Shown here one piece after another: positions 48,890-59,681 of a DNA stretch of 64,000 bases. Both the position numbers and the translations under genes were made by a program. Origin of the DNA: Lysobacterales bacterium (GTDB lineage Bacteria; Pseudomonadota; Gammaproteobacteria; Xanthomonadales; SZUA-5); the NCBI GenBank assembly GCA_022844165.1, contig JALHMH010000013.1, positions 1-64,000 of the forward strand, read 5' to 3'. The notes below the pieces were generated by a model. It saw nothing but the letters and a program-made list of their open reading frames with translations, had not been told where the DNA came from and did no database searches. Numbering within the stretch: position 1 is the stretch's first letter; each line of letters starts with the position of its first letter.

Positions 48890-50878
48890 ATGTCCAAACT
48901 AACGTCGCACATCCGAACCACCGTGTTTGCGGCGATCGGCGTCGTTGCACTGGGGGCAGCGCCGCTGTACGCCAAACGCGTGGATCTGCCGCAAGGGGCT
49001 GTCACTGTCGATGAGCTGTACATCGTCGACTGTCTGTTGCCGGGGCAGGTGCGGCAACTCGGCGGCAACTTCACGTATTTGTCTGCGCGTCGTCCGCTCC
49101 GAACAACGGCGAAGGATTGCGCGATCCGTGGTGGCGAATATGTCGCCTTCGACCGTGCCAACTATGCGACCGCGCTCAAAGTTTGGCTGCCCGCCGCCAA
49201 GGAGGGCGACGTCGATGCCATGAACTACGTGGGCGAAATCTACGAACAGGGCCTGGGCGTCGAGCCCGATTATGCGATGGCAGCTCAGTGGTATCGGCGC
49301 GCAGCAGAAAAAGGCAGCTCTACCGCGATGATCAATCTTGGGAGTTTGTACGAAGGTGGAAAGGGCGTCGCCCAAGACATGACGCTTGCGATGAACTGGT
49401 ACCGTAAGGCCTCCGGTCTGGAAGGCGCCACCCTGGAAGTCGTCACGGACGAGCAACGCTCGCAGCGCGAGGCAGACGCCGTCGAACTGGATCGTCTGCG
49501 CAGCGAAGTCGACAACTTGCGTCAACAACTTGGCAAAGCCAGGGCGTCGCTGTCGGCACGCGAGCAAGAACTGAATCACTCGAAGTCCGCGCTTGATCAG
49601 GCGCGGGCGTCCCTGGCCGCTGCCGCGGCAGATCGCCAGAGGGCCAGCAAGGCGCAGGCGCAGATTGCAGAACTCGAACGCAAAATTGCCGATCAACAGC
49701 GCGATGTTGAGAGCTCCCGAAGCGAAACCGAAGACTTGCTCGCAAAAATGGGCGTAGCGGCAAGCGACCGAGGCCCGGCGCCCCCGGGTACATCGCCGAA
49801 GATTCAGGTTCTTGCACCGAAACTTGTCGCCACCAGAAGCGGCGTTCTTGCCGCGCCACTATTGGCGGCGGTACCAACGTACCAAATCGTCGGCCGCGTC
49901 TACCCGGCCGAATCGATCAAAGCCCTGAAAATCAATGATCGCGACATGCGTGCAAGTATCGATGCCGACGGCTTGTTTCAGGTCGATATCGATATCGTCG
50001 GCAATGATGTTCCGGTTGAGATTCAGGCGATCACCAACGACGGATTGAGTGCGGTACAGAGCTTCTTGATCACACGGGAACGTGGCCCTTCGTCCGTCGC
50101 GCAGAAGCGCATCACGAGCAAGCTGTTTCAGCGTCGGATGCGCAACGATCTTGGCAACTACTACGCGCTTGTCGTAGGCAATGATCAATACGGCGCTTTT
50201 CCTGCGCTCAGTACGGCCGTGGCCGATGCGAACGCTGTTTCTGCTCAGCTGCGGGATCGCTACGGGTACAAGGTCTCCACGCTGACCAATGCTGGGCGCG
50301 AGGTCATCATCGCCAAGCTGGCCGAGTTAACAATGGCGATGACCAAGAATGACAACCTGCTGATTTATTTTGCCGGCCACGGCCAGATTGATGGCAGTCA
50401 GCGTGGCTATTGGATTCCCGTGGATGGTCGCAGCGACGACCCGTCCAGCTGGATCGGCAACGATCAGATCAGCGATTACATTGGCGCTTCAGCGGCCAAA
50501 CACGTCTTGGTCGTGGCCGATTCCTGCTATTCGGGAACTTTGAGCGGAAATTCGATCCGCCCAATCCCGATTGATGCAAAAGAAGAAGACCTGTTGTTCA
50601 TTTCGCGCGTCAAGGCACGCACCGTCATTACTTCAGGCGGGCTGCAGCCCGTACTGGACGACGGCGGTAGCGGACACTCGATTTTCGCCCATGCATTTCT
50701 GACAGCGCTTAAGCAGACCGAAGGATTATCCGAAGGTTATCGCCTCTTCGAGAACCTGAGCGAATTGGTCGGTCAGCGCTCTGCAGTCGCGAGGTTGCCA
50801 CAGCGTCCGCAGTACTCAGCTCTGCGTCACGCCGGTCACGAGGGTAGCGAGTTCTTTTTCCTGCCGAAGGACGCCTGA
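48890..50878 (+). CDS. Exported caspase-family (peptidase C14) protein with Sel1 repeats and coiled coil
   Basis: Signal-like N-terminus, Sel1 repeats (GEIYEQGLGV..DY..A..WY..AA), heptad coiled coil, C-terminal YFAGHG and VADSCYSG His/Cys dyad, 'HS.F...F...L'. Confidence 0.92.
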   Translation: MSKLTSHIRTTVFAAIGVVALGAAPLYAKRVDLPQGAVTVDELYIVDCLLPGQVRQLGGNFTYLSARRPLRTTAKDCAIRGGEYVAFDRANYATALKVWLPAAKEGDVDAMNYVGEIYEQGLGVEPDYAMAAQWYRRAAEKGSSTAMINLGSLYEGGKGVAQDMTLAMNWYRKASGLEGATLEVVTDEQRSQREADAVELDRLRSEVDNLRQQLGKARASLSAREQELNHSKSALDQARASLAAAAADRQRASKAQAQIAELERKIADQQRDVESSRSETEDLLAKMGVAASDRGPAPPGTSPKIQVLAPKLVATRSGVLAAPLLAAVPTYQIVGRVYPAESIKALKINDRDMRASIDADGLFQVDIDIVGNDVPVEIQAITNDGLSAVQSFLITRERGPSSVAQKRITSKLFQRRMRNDLGNYYALVVGNDQYGAFPALSTAVADANAVSAQLRDRYGYKVSTLTNAGREVIIAKLAELTMAMTKNDNLLIYFAGHGQIDGSQRGYWIPVDGRSDDPSSWIGNDQISDYIGASAAKHVLVVADSCYSGTLSGNSIRPIPIDAKEEDLLFISRVKARTVITSGGLQPVLDDGGSGHSIFAHAFLTALKQTEGLSEGYRLFENLSELVGQRSAVARLPQRPQYSALRHAGHEGSEFFFLPKDA

Positions 50879-51054
50879 ATCACAGGACACGCAGCACGAA
50901 CGCGTGCTGTACCGGAAAATCCAAGGTCGCGCATCTGGAATGAGCACATCCCAACGAGCAGGCGCTCATCGGGTGTGAATACTGCGAGTCTGTCGACACG
51001 ACGATGTGCGTGCGAGCCTAAAACGCGAATACAGTCTTGGCAGTCGAGATGCGA

Positions 51055-51411
51055 CTACTTGACGTTCTTTGGATCCAGATCGCCAACTTTGGATTTCTGC
51101 GCTGCGAAGTAGGCTGAGAGGTCCTTGATGTCTTGATCGCTCAGGGCTTGCGCGAATCCGAGCATGATCGCGTTCTCGCGCTCGCCCGAGCGGTAGGCTC
51201 TCATCGCATGCTCAAGATAGTCTGCATACTGCCCAGCGATGATTGGATATTGCGGATCTCCAACGCCGTTGCCGTCAACACCGTGACAAGCCTGGCAAGT
51301 CTTGGACAACTCTAAGCCGCGGCCGGCATTGCCTGAGGCAAGCGCATGGCCGGACAACAGCACGCCAAGCACAAGAATGACCGCGTGGGATTTCATAGTG
51401 GTAGCACTCAT
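51055..51411 (-). CDS. Cytochrome c553/c4-like monoheme protein
   Basis: Signal peptide, CQACH, 'P.IAGQ..DY', distal Met. Confidence 0.93.
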   Translation of the reverse strand: MSATTMKSHAVILVLGVLLSGHALASGNAGRGLELSKTCQACHGVDGNGVGDPQYPIIAGQYADYLEHAMRAYRSGERENAIMLGFAQALSDQDIKDLSAYFAAQKSKVGDLDPKNVK

Positions 51412-51728
51412 GGGTTGGGCGTGTTGGCGAGGTAGGCTGCAATGTCGGCAATGTCTTGCTCGCTCAAGCTTTGCGCTTGCGCCACCATAGTAGGGTGTTT
51501 ACGCGTTTCGGCCTGATAAGCTTTGAGTGCGGTCACCAAATATTCGTAATTTTGACCAGCTATCCGCGGAACGTGATAGTGGGGGTAAACGTTGCGATAA
51601 CCTGTAATGCCATGGCAACCGGTGCAGGTGTAAGCCTTCGTTTTTCCGGCCACCGGATCGCCCTTAGACTGCGCCACGACAGGCGTTCCAGCCATCAGAG
51701 CCAACATCACGATACTGACTAACCTCAT
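51408..51728 (-). CDS. Cytochrome c553/c4-like monoheme protein
   Basis: Signal peptide MRLVSIVMLAL, CTGCH, 'P.IAGQ..EY', 'HPTM'. Overlaps the next gene by 4 nt. Confidence 0.93.
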   Translation of the reverse strand: MRLVSIVMLALMAGTPVVAQSKGDPVAGKTKAYTCTGCHGITGYRNVYPHYHVPRIAGQNYEYLVTALKAYQAETRKHPTMVAQAQSLSEQDIADIAAYLANTPNP

Positions 51729-52013
51729 TGAGTATCCCCACATTCTCGAAAGCGTAACGACGGCCGGACGACAGCCGATCAATCGCACAAGTATGCCGTG
51801 GCTCGTTGGCCCGGTCCATGCCTCACATCCACTTGATGTAAGGAGATCAATATTGGCGACGACCTCCAATCTTGAATGAACGGCAGCGTAGGCGATGACC
51901 TTTGGCCCGCGTTGTTCCGGTTTCAACAGCCAATAGTACTTGCATGACTTTCGGGCCTGAGACTTCGTGCATTGGTGTCTTAGTCTACCAACACACTTAT
52001 TAGACCAATCAAA

Positions 52014-53102
52014 ATGAAACAACTTCGTACATTGGCGATCGCCGCAACCACGGTGCTGGCGCTATCCCTGGCGGCGTGCAAGAGGCCGGATTCTAAAGAC
52101 GACAGTGAAAGCAAAGAGAACATCAAGGTCCCCGTCGAGGTGGCGACAGCCGTTCGCTCGCCGGTGACCGCCGCGTTCCAGGGCACCTCTAATCTGGTTG
52201 CAGAGGCGGAATCGGAGGTCGCCGCCAAGACCAGCGGCGTCGTCATGGAGATTTTCGTCGAAGAGGGCGACTTGGTTCGTGCCGGCCAGGTGCTCGCGAG
52301 ACTCGATTCCGATCGCCAGCGTCTGTCGCTGAAGCAATCGGAGGCTAACCTTCGAAAATTGGAGAACGACTACCAGCGGCAACAGGAGATGTTCAACCGC
52401 AAGCTCATTTCTCAGGACGTGTTCGATCGGTCGCGATTCGATCTTGATACGCAACGGGCCGCATTCGACATGAGCAAGCTGGAATTGTCCTACGCCGAGA
52501 TACGCGCTCCTATTGAGGGTGTCGTCAGCCGGCGCGATGTGAAGGTGGGCAATCTGATCCAGATCAACCAGACGCTGTTTAAGATCGACGACTTCGACCC
52601 CCTTGAAGCCGTCATCAACGTTCCCGAACGCGAGATGCGCCTGATCGCCGCCGATCAACCTGTGCAGATGTTGGTCGATGCCCTGCCCGGCCAGGTGTTT
52701 GTTGGCGGCGTCGCACGGGTCTCGCCAGTGGTCGATGCCACGACAGGCACGTTCCGCGTCATCGCTCAGTTTCGCGATGAGTCCAAGACCTTGCGTTCAG
52801 GCATGTTCGGACGTGTTCGGATCGTTTACGACCAGCGCAACGACGCGCTTGTCGTGCCGCGCGCCGCGCTCATAGGCGACGACCAGGATGCGGCGCTTTT
52901 CGTCGTCGATGGCGACACCGCCAAGCGGCGCAAAGTCACATTGGGGTATTCCGATAACGGCAAGGTGGAAGTGATCGATGGTGTATCGGAGGGCGAGATG
53001 GTCGTCACCCTGGGCCAGGCGGCGCTTCGCGACGGTGTTAAGGTCGAAGTGATCAATGCCCCGGCTTCGGCCGTCGCCACATCGACCACGCCGGGTACCT
53101 GA
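52014..53102 (+). CDS. RND efflux periplasmic adaptor (MFP) lipoprotein
   Basis: Lipobox LAAC, 'VEEGDLV.AGQVLA', 'IRAPIEGVV', 'LRSGMF'. Confidence 0.95.
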   Translation: MKQLRTLAIAATTVLALSLAACKRPDSKDDSESKENIKVPVEVATAVRSPVTAAFQGTSNLVAEAESEVAAKTSGVVMEIFVEEGDLVRAGQVLARLDSDRQRLSLKQSEANLRKLENDYQRQQEMFNRKLISQDVFDRSRFDLDTQRAAFDMSKLELSYAEIRAPIEGVVSRRDVKVGNLIQINQTLFKIDDFDPLEAVINVPEREMRLIAADQPVQMLVDALPGQVFVGGVARVSPVVDATTGTFRVIAQFRDESKTLRSGMFGRVRIVYDQRNDALVVPRAALIGDDQDAALFVVDGDTAKRRKVTLGYSDNGKVEVIDGVSEGEMVVTLGQAALRDGVKVEVINAPASAVATSTTPGT

Positions 53103-53238
53103 CGCGGCTAAGCGCACCTCCGGCGTTGGGCACATTCGCCTTGCGCCATTTGTGTCTGGCAATCGCCGTGCCGTTGGCGAGTGCTGAATTCGTTGCGTCC
53201 CGCCAGAGCGGGAATGATCTGAACCAGAAGGTAAGCCC

Positions 53239-56200
53239 ATGAACGTCGTCCAGTTCGCCGTCAATCGCCGTGTCACGATCGCGATGTTCACTATCATGCT
53301 TGTGCTCTTCGGCTTGATCGGCTTATCGCGGTTAAACGTCAATTTGTTGCCGGATCTATCGTATCCGACGCTCACCGTGCGTACCGAATATCAGGGCGCC
53401 GCACCGGCAGAAATCGAGAATCTGATCAGCGAACCGCTGGAAGAGCAGCTGGGCGTGGTCAAGAATCTCAAACGCATCCGCTCGGTTTCGCGAACCGGCC
53501 AGTCGGACGTGATCCTGGAGTTCTCCTGGGGCACGGACATGGATTCGGCCAGCCTTGATGTCCGGGAAAAACTCGAACTGATCCAGTTACCCCTGGAAGC
53601 CAATCAACCCTTGTTGTTGCGCTTCGATCCATCGACGGAACCGGTTCTGCGATATTCGCTTGCTGCAAAAGCGCAAGACAGCGCATCCCTTTTTGAACTG
53701 CGCCGTTACGCCGAAGAGGACTTAAAGAAGCGCCTGGAACCGGTGGAGGGTGTGGCGGCGGTCAAGGTCTCCGGCGGATTGGAAGACGAAATCCAGGTTG
53801 AGATCGATCAAAATCGGCTCAAGCAGCTGAATCTTGACGTCAGCGTCGTCATCGAACGGCTTCGCGCAGAGAACATCAACATTTCCAGCGGGCGCCTGGA
53901 TGAGGCCAATCAGCGCTTCCTCGTTCGCACCATCAACCAGTTTGAAACGCTAGAGCGCATGGGCGAGATGCTTGTCAGCACACAGGGTGTGCCGGTGAAA
54001 CTCAAAGACATCGCCAACGTTCGTCAAGGTAGTAAGGAGCGCCAAGCCATCATTCGCAGCGATGGCAAAGAAGCCGTCGAAATAGCACTCTACAAGGAAG
54101 GAGATGCGAACACGGTGACGGTGGCGGACGGCGTAGAGCGGGCGCTGGAACGGCTCAAGGATCAGATCCCCGCAGGTGCCACGCTGGTCAAGATCGACGA
54201 CCAGTCTTTGTTCATTCGCAGTTCGATCAAAGAGGTGGTTGAAGCCGCATTGATCGGCGGGCTGCTGTCGATTCTGCTGATTTATCTGTTCCTGGGACAG
54301 GCGTGGGCAACCTTCGTGATCGCGTTGTCGCTGCCAGTTTCGATCATTACGACTTTCTTCTTCATGCTGCAGTTCGATATCAATTTGAACGTGATGTCGC
54401 TGGGTGGCATCGCGCTGGCCACCGGCATGGTTGTCGACAACGCCATTGTCGTGCTCGAGAACATTCGCCGGTTACGCGAAGAGGGATTGAGCGCGCTGGA
54501 CGCCACGGTGCAAGGCACCAGTCAAGTCGGCATGGCCATCAGCGCCTCGACGTTCACGCATATTGCCGTGTTCTTACCCTTGGTCTTCGTGGAAGGCATC
54601 GCTGGCCAGTTGTTTGGCGACCAGGCTTTGACCATCACCTTTGCGATGCTGATCTCGCTGATGGTCGCGATCACACTCATTCCGATGTTGTCTTCGCTCG
54701 GCGAACCCGGCGAGCGCGCTGTAAAAATCGAAGAGCCAGCGGCGACGACAGCACACACGCCACATTGGTTGCTGGCAAACACGCCAGTTGTGAACGATAT
54801 GCGGCTGCTTTTGTTCCCGCTGTGGCTGCTGCTGTTCGTCCTACGTTTGATCTTCATGATCGTACGTCGAGTCGCGTTTGCGGTTGCGAAGTTCGCGCAC
54901 GTACTCTGGCGGCTATTGGCAGCGGTCGCAACTCGTGTGCTGCAGCCGCTGGCCAAAATCACCATGACCGGGTTCGAACGTATCACTCGCGGCTACAACT
55001 GGCTGTTACCCTGGTCACTCCGAAATCCGGCAACCGTTCTGGGCATCGCGTTGCTCAGTGGCGCTCTGAGCGTAGCGATCGTGCCGCGCCTTGGGCTTGA
55101 GCTGATTCCGGAATTTGCGCAGGGCCAGTTGCAGGTCGATATCAAATTGCCAGTCGGTACGCCGCTCGCTCGTACCGACCAGGTCATCACCGATTTACAA
55201 ACTCAGGCGCTGACCGTTTCAGGTGTGAAGCAGATCTTCGCAACGGCCGGCACCGGTGCGCGACTGGACGCTAACCCAACCGAATCGGGCGAAAACATCG
55301 GCAAACTCCTGGTTTCGCTGAACCCAGGCACACCGCGCTCGGCAGAACCCGGAATTATCGAAGGCTTACGCGCGTTCACTGACCGTCTGCCCGGTTCCGA
55401 GACCAAATTCAGCCGCCCGCAGTTGTTTGCTTTCGACACGCCGCTCGAAGTTGAGATCGTCGGCTACGACTTGGCACAACTGAAAATTGCAAGCGAGCGC
55501 ATCGCTTCCAAAATGCGCCAAGACCCCATTTTCGCAGACGTCAAGAACTCGCAAGAACAAGGTGCGCCAGAGCTGCGCGTGTACTTCGATCAAGACAAAA
55601 TCGCAGCGCTCGGCCTGACCACCCGGCAGGTGGCCGACCAGGTTGTGCGCAAAGTGCGTGGCGAAGTTGCGACGCGCTTTTCGCTGCGAGATCGGAAAAT
55701 CGATGTCCTGGTGCGCGCAACCGAAACCGACCGCGATTCTGTCGAAGCTGTCCGGCGTCTGATCGTTAATCCAACCAGTACCAATCCAGTACCTCTCGAT
55801 GCCGTTGCGCGCATCGACATTACCCAAGGCCCGGCTGAAATCCGACGCAGCGACCAGGAGCGCGTTGCGGTGATTTCTGCAAGTTTGCGTGGCGATTTGG
55901 GCAGCGCGGCGCGCGCCGCGCAGGCGATTGTCGATGCCGAAAACCTGCCGCCGGGCACTGCGGCCAAAGTTGCTGGCCAAAGTGAAGATCTCGACACTTC
56001 CTTTCGTTCTTTGTTGTTGGCCCTGGCACTGGCGGTGTTCATGGTGTACCTCGTGATGGCCTCACAATTCGAGTCGCTGCTGCATCCGTTCATCATCTTG
56101 TTTTCAGTGCCTTTGGCGCTGGTTGGCGCCATTTTGAGCCTTTGGGTCACGGGCACCGCGCTGTCGATCATCGTCTTCATTGGCCTGATCATGCTGGTCG

Positions 56201-56577
56201 GCATCGTGGTCAGCAATGCGATCGTACTGATCGACCGAGTAAACCAACTGCGAGCGAGCGGGCGCAGCAAACACCAAGCGCTGCTGGAAGGCGGCCGCAC
56301 GCGATTAAGACCCATCGTGATGACCACACTGACGACCTTAATCGGGTTCATGCCAATGGCTCTGGGTCTGGGCGATGGCGCGGAGCTGCGGCAGCCGCTG
56401 GCGATCACCGTGATCGGCGGGCTGGCATTTTCGACGCTGCTGACTCTGGTCGTCATTCCGGTGCTATACGACCAAATCGATCGGCGCGAACACTATCGCC
56501 AACCGGCGGCAGTGGCAGGCGCTGTCGAGAATCATCAGAAGTCGGCTTCGACCGCCGTGAAGCTGCAGGAGTCTTAG
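53239..56577 (+). CDS. RND efflux permease subunit 1 (AcrB/AcrD/AcrF family)
   Basis: 'GMVVDNAIVVLENI', 'QFES..HP', 'RLRPIVMTTLTT'. 12-TM RND layout. Confidence 0.96.
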   Translation: MNVVQFAVNRRVTIAMFTIMLVLFGLIGLSRLNVNLLPDLSYPTLTVRTEYQGAAPAEIENLISEPLEEQLGVVKNLKRIRSVSRTGQSDVILEFSWGTDMDSASLDVREKLELIQLPLEANQPLLLRFDPSTEPVLRYSLAAKAQDSASLFELRRYAEEDLKKRLEPVEGVAAVKVSGGLEDEIQVEIDQNRLKQLNLDVSVVIERLRAENINISSGRLDEANQRFLVRTINQFETLERMGEMLVSTQGVPVKLKDIANVRQGSKERQAIIRSDGKEAVEIALYKEGDANTVTVADGVERALERLKDQIPAGATLVKIDDQSLFIRSSIKEVVEAALIGGLLSILLIYLFLGQAWATFVIALSLPVSIITTFFFMLQFDINLNVMSLGGIALATGMVVDNAIVVLENIRRLREEGLSALDATVQGTSQVGMAISASTFTHIAVFLPLVFVEGIAGQLFGDQALTITFAMLISLMVAITLIPMLSSLGEPGERAVKIEEPAATTAHTPHWLLANTPVVNDMRLLLFPLWLLLFVLRLIFMIVRRVAFAVAKFAHVLWRLLAAVATRVLQPLAKITMTGFERITRGYNWLLPWSLRNPATVLGIALLSGALSVAIVPRLGLELIPEFAQGQLQVDIKLPVGTPLARTDQVITDLQTQALTVSGVKQIFATAGTGARLDANPTESGENIGKLLVSLNPGTPRSAEPGIIEGLRAFTDRLPGSETKFSRPQLFAFDTPLEVEIVGYDLAQLKIASERIASKMRQDPIFADVKNSQEQGAPELRVYFDQDKIAALGLTTRQVADQVVRKVRGEVATRFSLRDRKIDVLVRATETDRDSVEAVRRLIVNPTSTNPVPLDAVARIDITQGPAEIRRSDQERVAVISASLRGDLGSAARAAQAIVDAENLPPGTAAKVAGQSEDLDTSFRSLLLALALAVFMVYLVMASQFESLLHPFIILFSVPLALVGAILSLWVTGTALSIIVFIGLIMLVGIVVSNAIVLIDRVNQLRASGRSKHQALLEGGRTRLRPIVMTTLTTLIGFMPMALGLGDGAELRQPLAITVIGGLAFSTLLTLVVIPVLYDQIDRREHYRQPAAVAGAVENHQKSASTAVKLQES

Positions 56578-56579
56578 CC

Positions 56580-59500
56580 ATGACACTCGCCGAGATTGCG
56601 CTCAAGCGTCCTGTGACGACGATCATGCTGTTCCTGAGTTGTGTTGTGTTCGGGATGCTCAGCGCGCGGCTGCTCAAATTGGAGTTTTTCCCTGAGCTGG
56701 ACGCGCCGTTTATCCTGGTCAGCGTGCCCTACCCCGGCGCAACACCGAAGGAGGTGGAGCGCGAAATCGTCCGGCCGCTGGAGGAGTCGCTGGCGACGAT
56801 TTCTGGCATCGACCGCATGTTTGCCAATGCCGATGAGAATGGCGCGACCTTTTTCATGATTTTCGACTGGGGCAGAAACCTCAAGGTCAAGTTGAGTGAA
56901 GTCCGAGAACGCGTCGACGCCGCACGCAGCGAACTTCCGGACGACATCCAACGCATCCAGGTGCTGAAATTCTCGACGAACGATCAGCCGGTTTTGCAAA
57001 TCCGACTATCCAGCACCACGGGCAATTTGCTGGACGCCTACGATTTGTTGGAACGTCGCATCAAAAGGCCGCTGGAGCGGATCCCTGGCGTCGCCTCGGT
57101 GGACCTGTCTGGCGTGCAACCTAACGAGGTCCGAATCGATTTGCTTCCCGAACGCATCGCTTCGCACAGCGTCGACCTCAACAACGTCGCGCAGCGATTG
57201 CAGGCCGCTAACTTCTCGACGTCGGCGGGCCTGATCCACGATGGCGAGTTTCGCTACCGGGTGCAGCCCGTGGGCGAAATTCGCTCACTCGAAGAGTATG
57301 GCGCGCTGTTGATCAACGACAACGGCTTGCGTCTGCGCGATGTCGCCGAGGTGCGTTTCATGCAGCGAGAGGTCGAGTTCAAGCGCATTCTGAACGGCAA
57401 CTATGCGGTAGGTGTCGATATCCGCCGCGAACGCGGCGCCAATCTGGTCGACGTTTGCCAGCGCGTCATGGAGGAAGTGCGCAAGATCGAAGCCAGTGGC
57501 GCCCTGGCTGGCATCGAGATCTATCTGATTGGAAACCAGGGCGAAGGCGTGCAGACCTCGCTGCTCGAACTGGTGAACGCTGGTTGGTTGGGCATGCTCT
57601 TTTCGCTAGTGGTTCTGTACTTTTTCCTACGCCATTGGCCCAGTACCTTGATGGTTTCGCTGTCGGTTCCGATCTGCATCGCGATCAGCCTCGGTGCGAT
57701 CAATTTCGTGGGACTGACGCTCAACGTACTCACCATGATGGGCCTGTTGCTCGGTGTTGGCATGCTGGTCGACAACGCAGTCGTGGTCACCGAAAGCATT
57801 TTTCAGCAGCGCGAGAAGAATCCCCGGGACCGTGTTGGCACGGCTATCGAAGGTACGCGCATGGTGCAACTTGCGGTCAGTGCGGGCACGTTGACCAGCA
57901 TTATTGTGTTCTTGCCCAATGTCTTCGGCAGCACAACCCAAGTCGGGCTATTTTTGTATTTCGTTGCGGTGCCCTTCTCTATTGCGCTGCTGGCATCCTG
58001 GTTCGTTGCCGTCACGATTATCCCCATGCTCGCCGCGCGCATCGACCCACCGCGCGGTCTGGAGCGCGTTGCGATCGTCGAACGTTGGAAAGATCGGTAT
58101 GAACAGATTTTGCATTGGACGCTGGCGCATCGCGGCATCACGCTGTCGCTCATCGTCTTGTTGTTTGCGAGCATCGCGTTGCCGTTGAACCAGGTGAAAA
58201 CCGACTTTTTCGGCGGCGACGAGGATCGCGACTTTGAGATCGGCTATGAATTGAATGGCCGTTATAGCCTGGACCAGCTGGAAACCGCAGCGCGCGAAGT
58301 GGAAGCCTACCTGTTAGCGAACAAAGAGAAGTTCGAAATCGAATCGGTATACAGCTGGATTTCGCGCGACCAGGGTATGCAAACCCGATTGCAGATTGTT
58401 GCGGGCGACGAAGCAAAACGCTCTGCCAAAGAGCTTCAAGACATGGTGCGCGAGGGTATGCCGAAGCTCGCCATCGGCGAAGCCATCGTCGGGCTGGACA
58501 ACGATGGTCCACCTGGGGCGGGCAGCGGCGGCGGTGGCGGTGAGGCGTTGACGATCAATGTCACCGGGGACTCCACTGAAGTCTTGATTGAACTGGCGAA
58601 CGAGATTCAGCGCCTGCTGGACAAACGCGACGAGTTCGTCGAAGTGCGCGTCGACAATGCCCAGGAACAGCAGGAGATCCAGGTACGCGTCGACCGCGAG
58701 CGCGCCGCCAGCCTTGGATTCGAGCCTTCGCAAATCGCACGGCTGATTCAGGTCGCGATGCGCGGCACACCGTTGCGCGAGTTCCGCCAGGGCGACACGG
58801 AAGTTCCGGTGTGGCTGCGGTTCAAGGACGCTCAGAAGCTGTCTCTGGACGATCTGAAAGAGATACGCCTGACGCGTCCGGACGGCGCCAGCATCCCATT
58901 ATCGGCGGTGGTGGACATCGATATGGCGCCAGAAGCGACTTTGATCAGCCGGCAGGATCGCAGCACCAATCGTTCGATTCGGCTGGAACTGGAAAAAGAC
59001 GGCGATATGGAAAAGGCCCGGCAAGCCATCGAGTCGACCTTGAAGGATTTTCCGTTTCCCGCCGGGTATGGCTACAACCTTGGTGCGCGATTCGAGGATG
59101 AACAAAAGGCGGCGCAGGAGATGGTGTTCCTGTTGGTTCTATCGATTGTGCTGATTTATATGCTGATGGCCGCATTGTTCGAATCGCTCCTGTACCCGCT
59201 GGCTGTCATGGTGTCTATCCCCATGGCCGTGGTGGGTGTGTATTGGACGTTTCTGATCTGGCCGACCACGTTTTCGGTGATGGCCTTTATCGGCATCATG
59301 ATCTTGGTGGGCGTGGTGGTGAACAACGGCATTGTGCTGGTCGAGCACGTCAACACGCTTCGCCGCCAGGGATTCGACAGGACCACCGCGCTGACGCTGG
59401 GCGGCAAAGAGCGTCTGCGCCCGATTTTGATCACCACGGGAACAACGGTGTTGGGATTGCTGCCGCTTTGTATCAGCGATGTAGGCATTGGCAGCAACGG

Positions 59501-59681
59501 CCCACCCTACTATCCGATGGCACGCGCGATTGCGGGCGGCCTGGTTTTTTCGACTTTCATCACGCTCCTGGTGCTGCCGACGGTGTATGCAACACTTGAG
59601 GATGTTTCGAATAACCTTGGAAAACACTGGCGTGCCGCAGGGCGTCAAACAAAGACTCTCACCAAAGTCGCTACTTCTTGA
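56580..59681 (+). CDS. RND efflux permease subunit 2
   Basis: Start MTLAEIALKRP. 'GMLVDNAVVVTE', 'LFES..YP', 'RLRPILITTGTT'. Confidence 0.96.
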   Translation: MTLAEIALKRPVTTIMLFLSCVVFGMLSARLLKLEFFPELDAPFILVSVPYPGATPKEVEREIVRPLEESLATISGIDRMFANADENGATFFMIFDWGRNLKVKLSEVRERVDAARSELPDDIQRIQVLKFSTNDQPVLQIRLSSTTGNLLDAYDLLERRIKRPLERIPGVASVDLSGVQPNEVRIDLLPERIASHSVDLNNVAQRLQAANFSTSAGLIHDGEFRYRVQPVGEIRSLEEYGALLINDNGLRLRDVAEVRFMQREVEFKRILNGNYAVGVDIRRERGANLVDVCQRVMEEVRKIEASGALAGIEIYLIGNQGEGVQTSLLELVNAGWLGMLFSLVVLYFFLRHWPSTLMVSLSVPICIAISLGAINFVGLTLNVLTMMGLLLGVGMLVDNAVVVTESIFQQREKNPRDRVGTAIEGTRMVQLAVSAGTLTSIIVFLPNVFGSTTQVGLFLYFVAVPFSIALLASWFVAVTIIPMLAARIDPPRGLERVAIVERWKDRYEQILHWTLAHRGITLSLIVLLFASIALPLNQVKTDFFGGDEDRDFEIGYELNGRYSLDQLETAAREVEAYLLANKEKFEIESVYSWISRDQGMQTRLQIVAGDEAKRSAKELQDMVREGMPKLAIGEAIVGLDNDGPPGAGSGGGGGEALTINVTGDSTEVLIELANEIQRLLDKRDEFVEVRVDNAQEQQEIQVRVDRERAASLGFEPSQIARLIQVAMRGTPLREFRQGDTEVPVWLRFKDAQKLSLDDLKEIRLTRPDGASIPLSAVVDIDMAPEATLISRQDRSTNRSIRLELEKDGDMEKARQAIESTLKDFPFPAGYGYNLGARFEDEQKAAQEMVFLLVLSIVLIYMLMAALFESLLYPLAVMVSIPMAVVGVYWTFLIWPTTFSVMAFIGIMILVGVVVNNGIVLVEHVNTLRRQGFDRTTALTLGGKERLRPILITTGTTVLGLLPLCISDVGIGSNGPPYYPMARAIAGGLVFSTFITLLVLPTVYATLEDVSNNLGKHWRAAGRQTKTLTKVATS

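Noticed and set aside
56142-56579. 146-aa N-terminal extension of RND subunit 2
   Set aside because: It overlaps subunit 1 out of frame. The RND-like sequence starts at ATG 56580.
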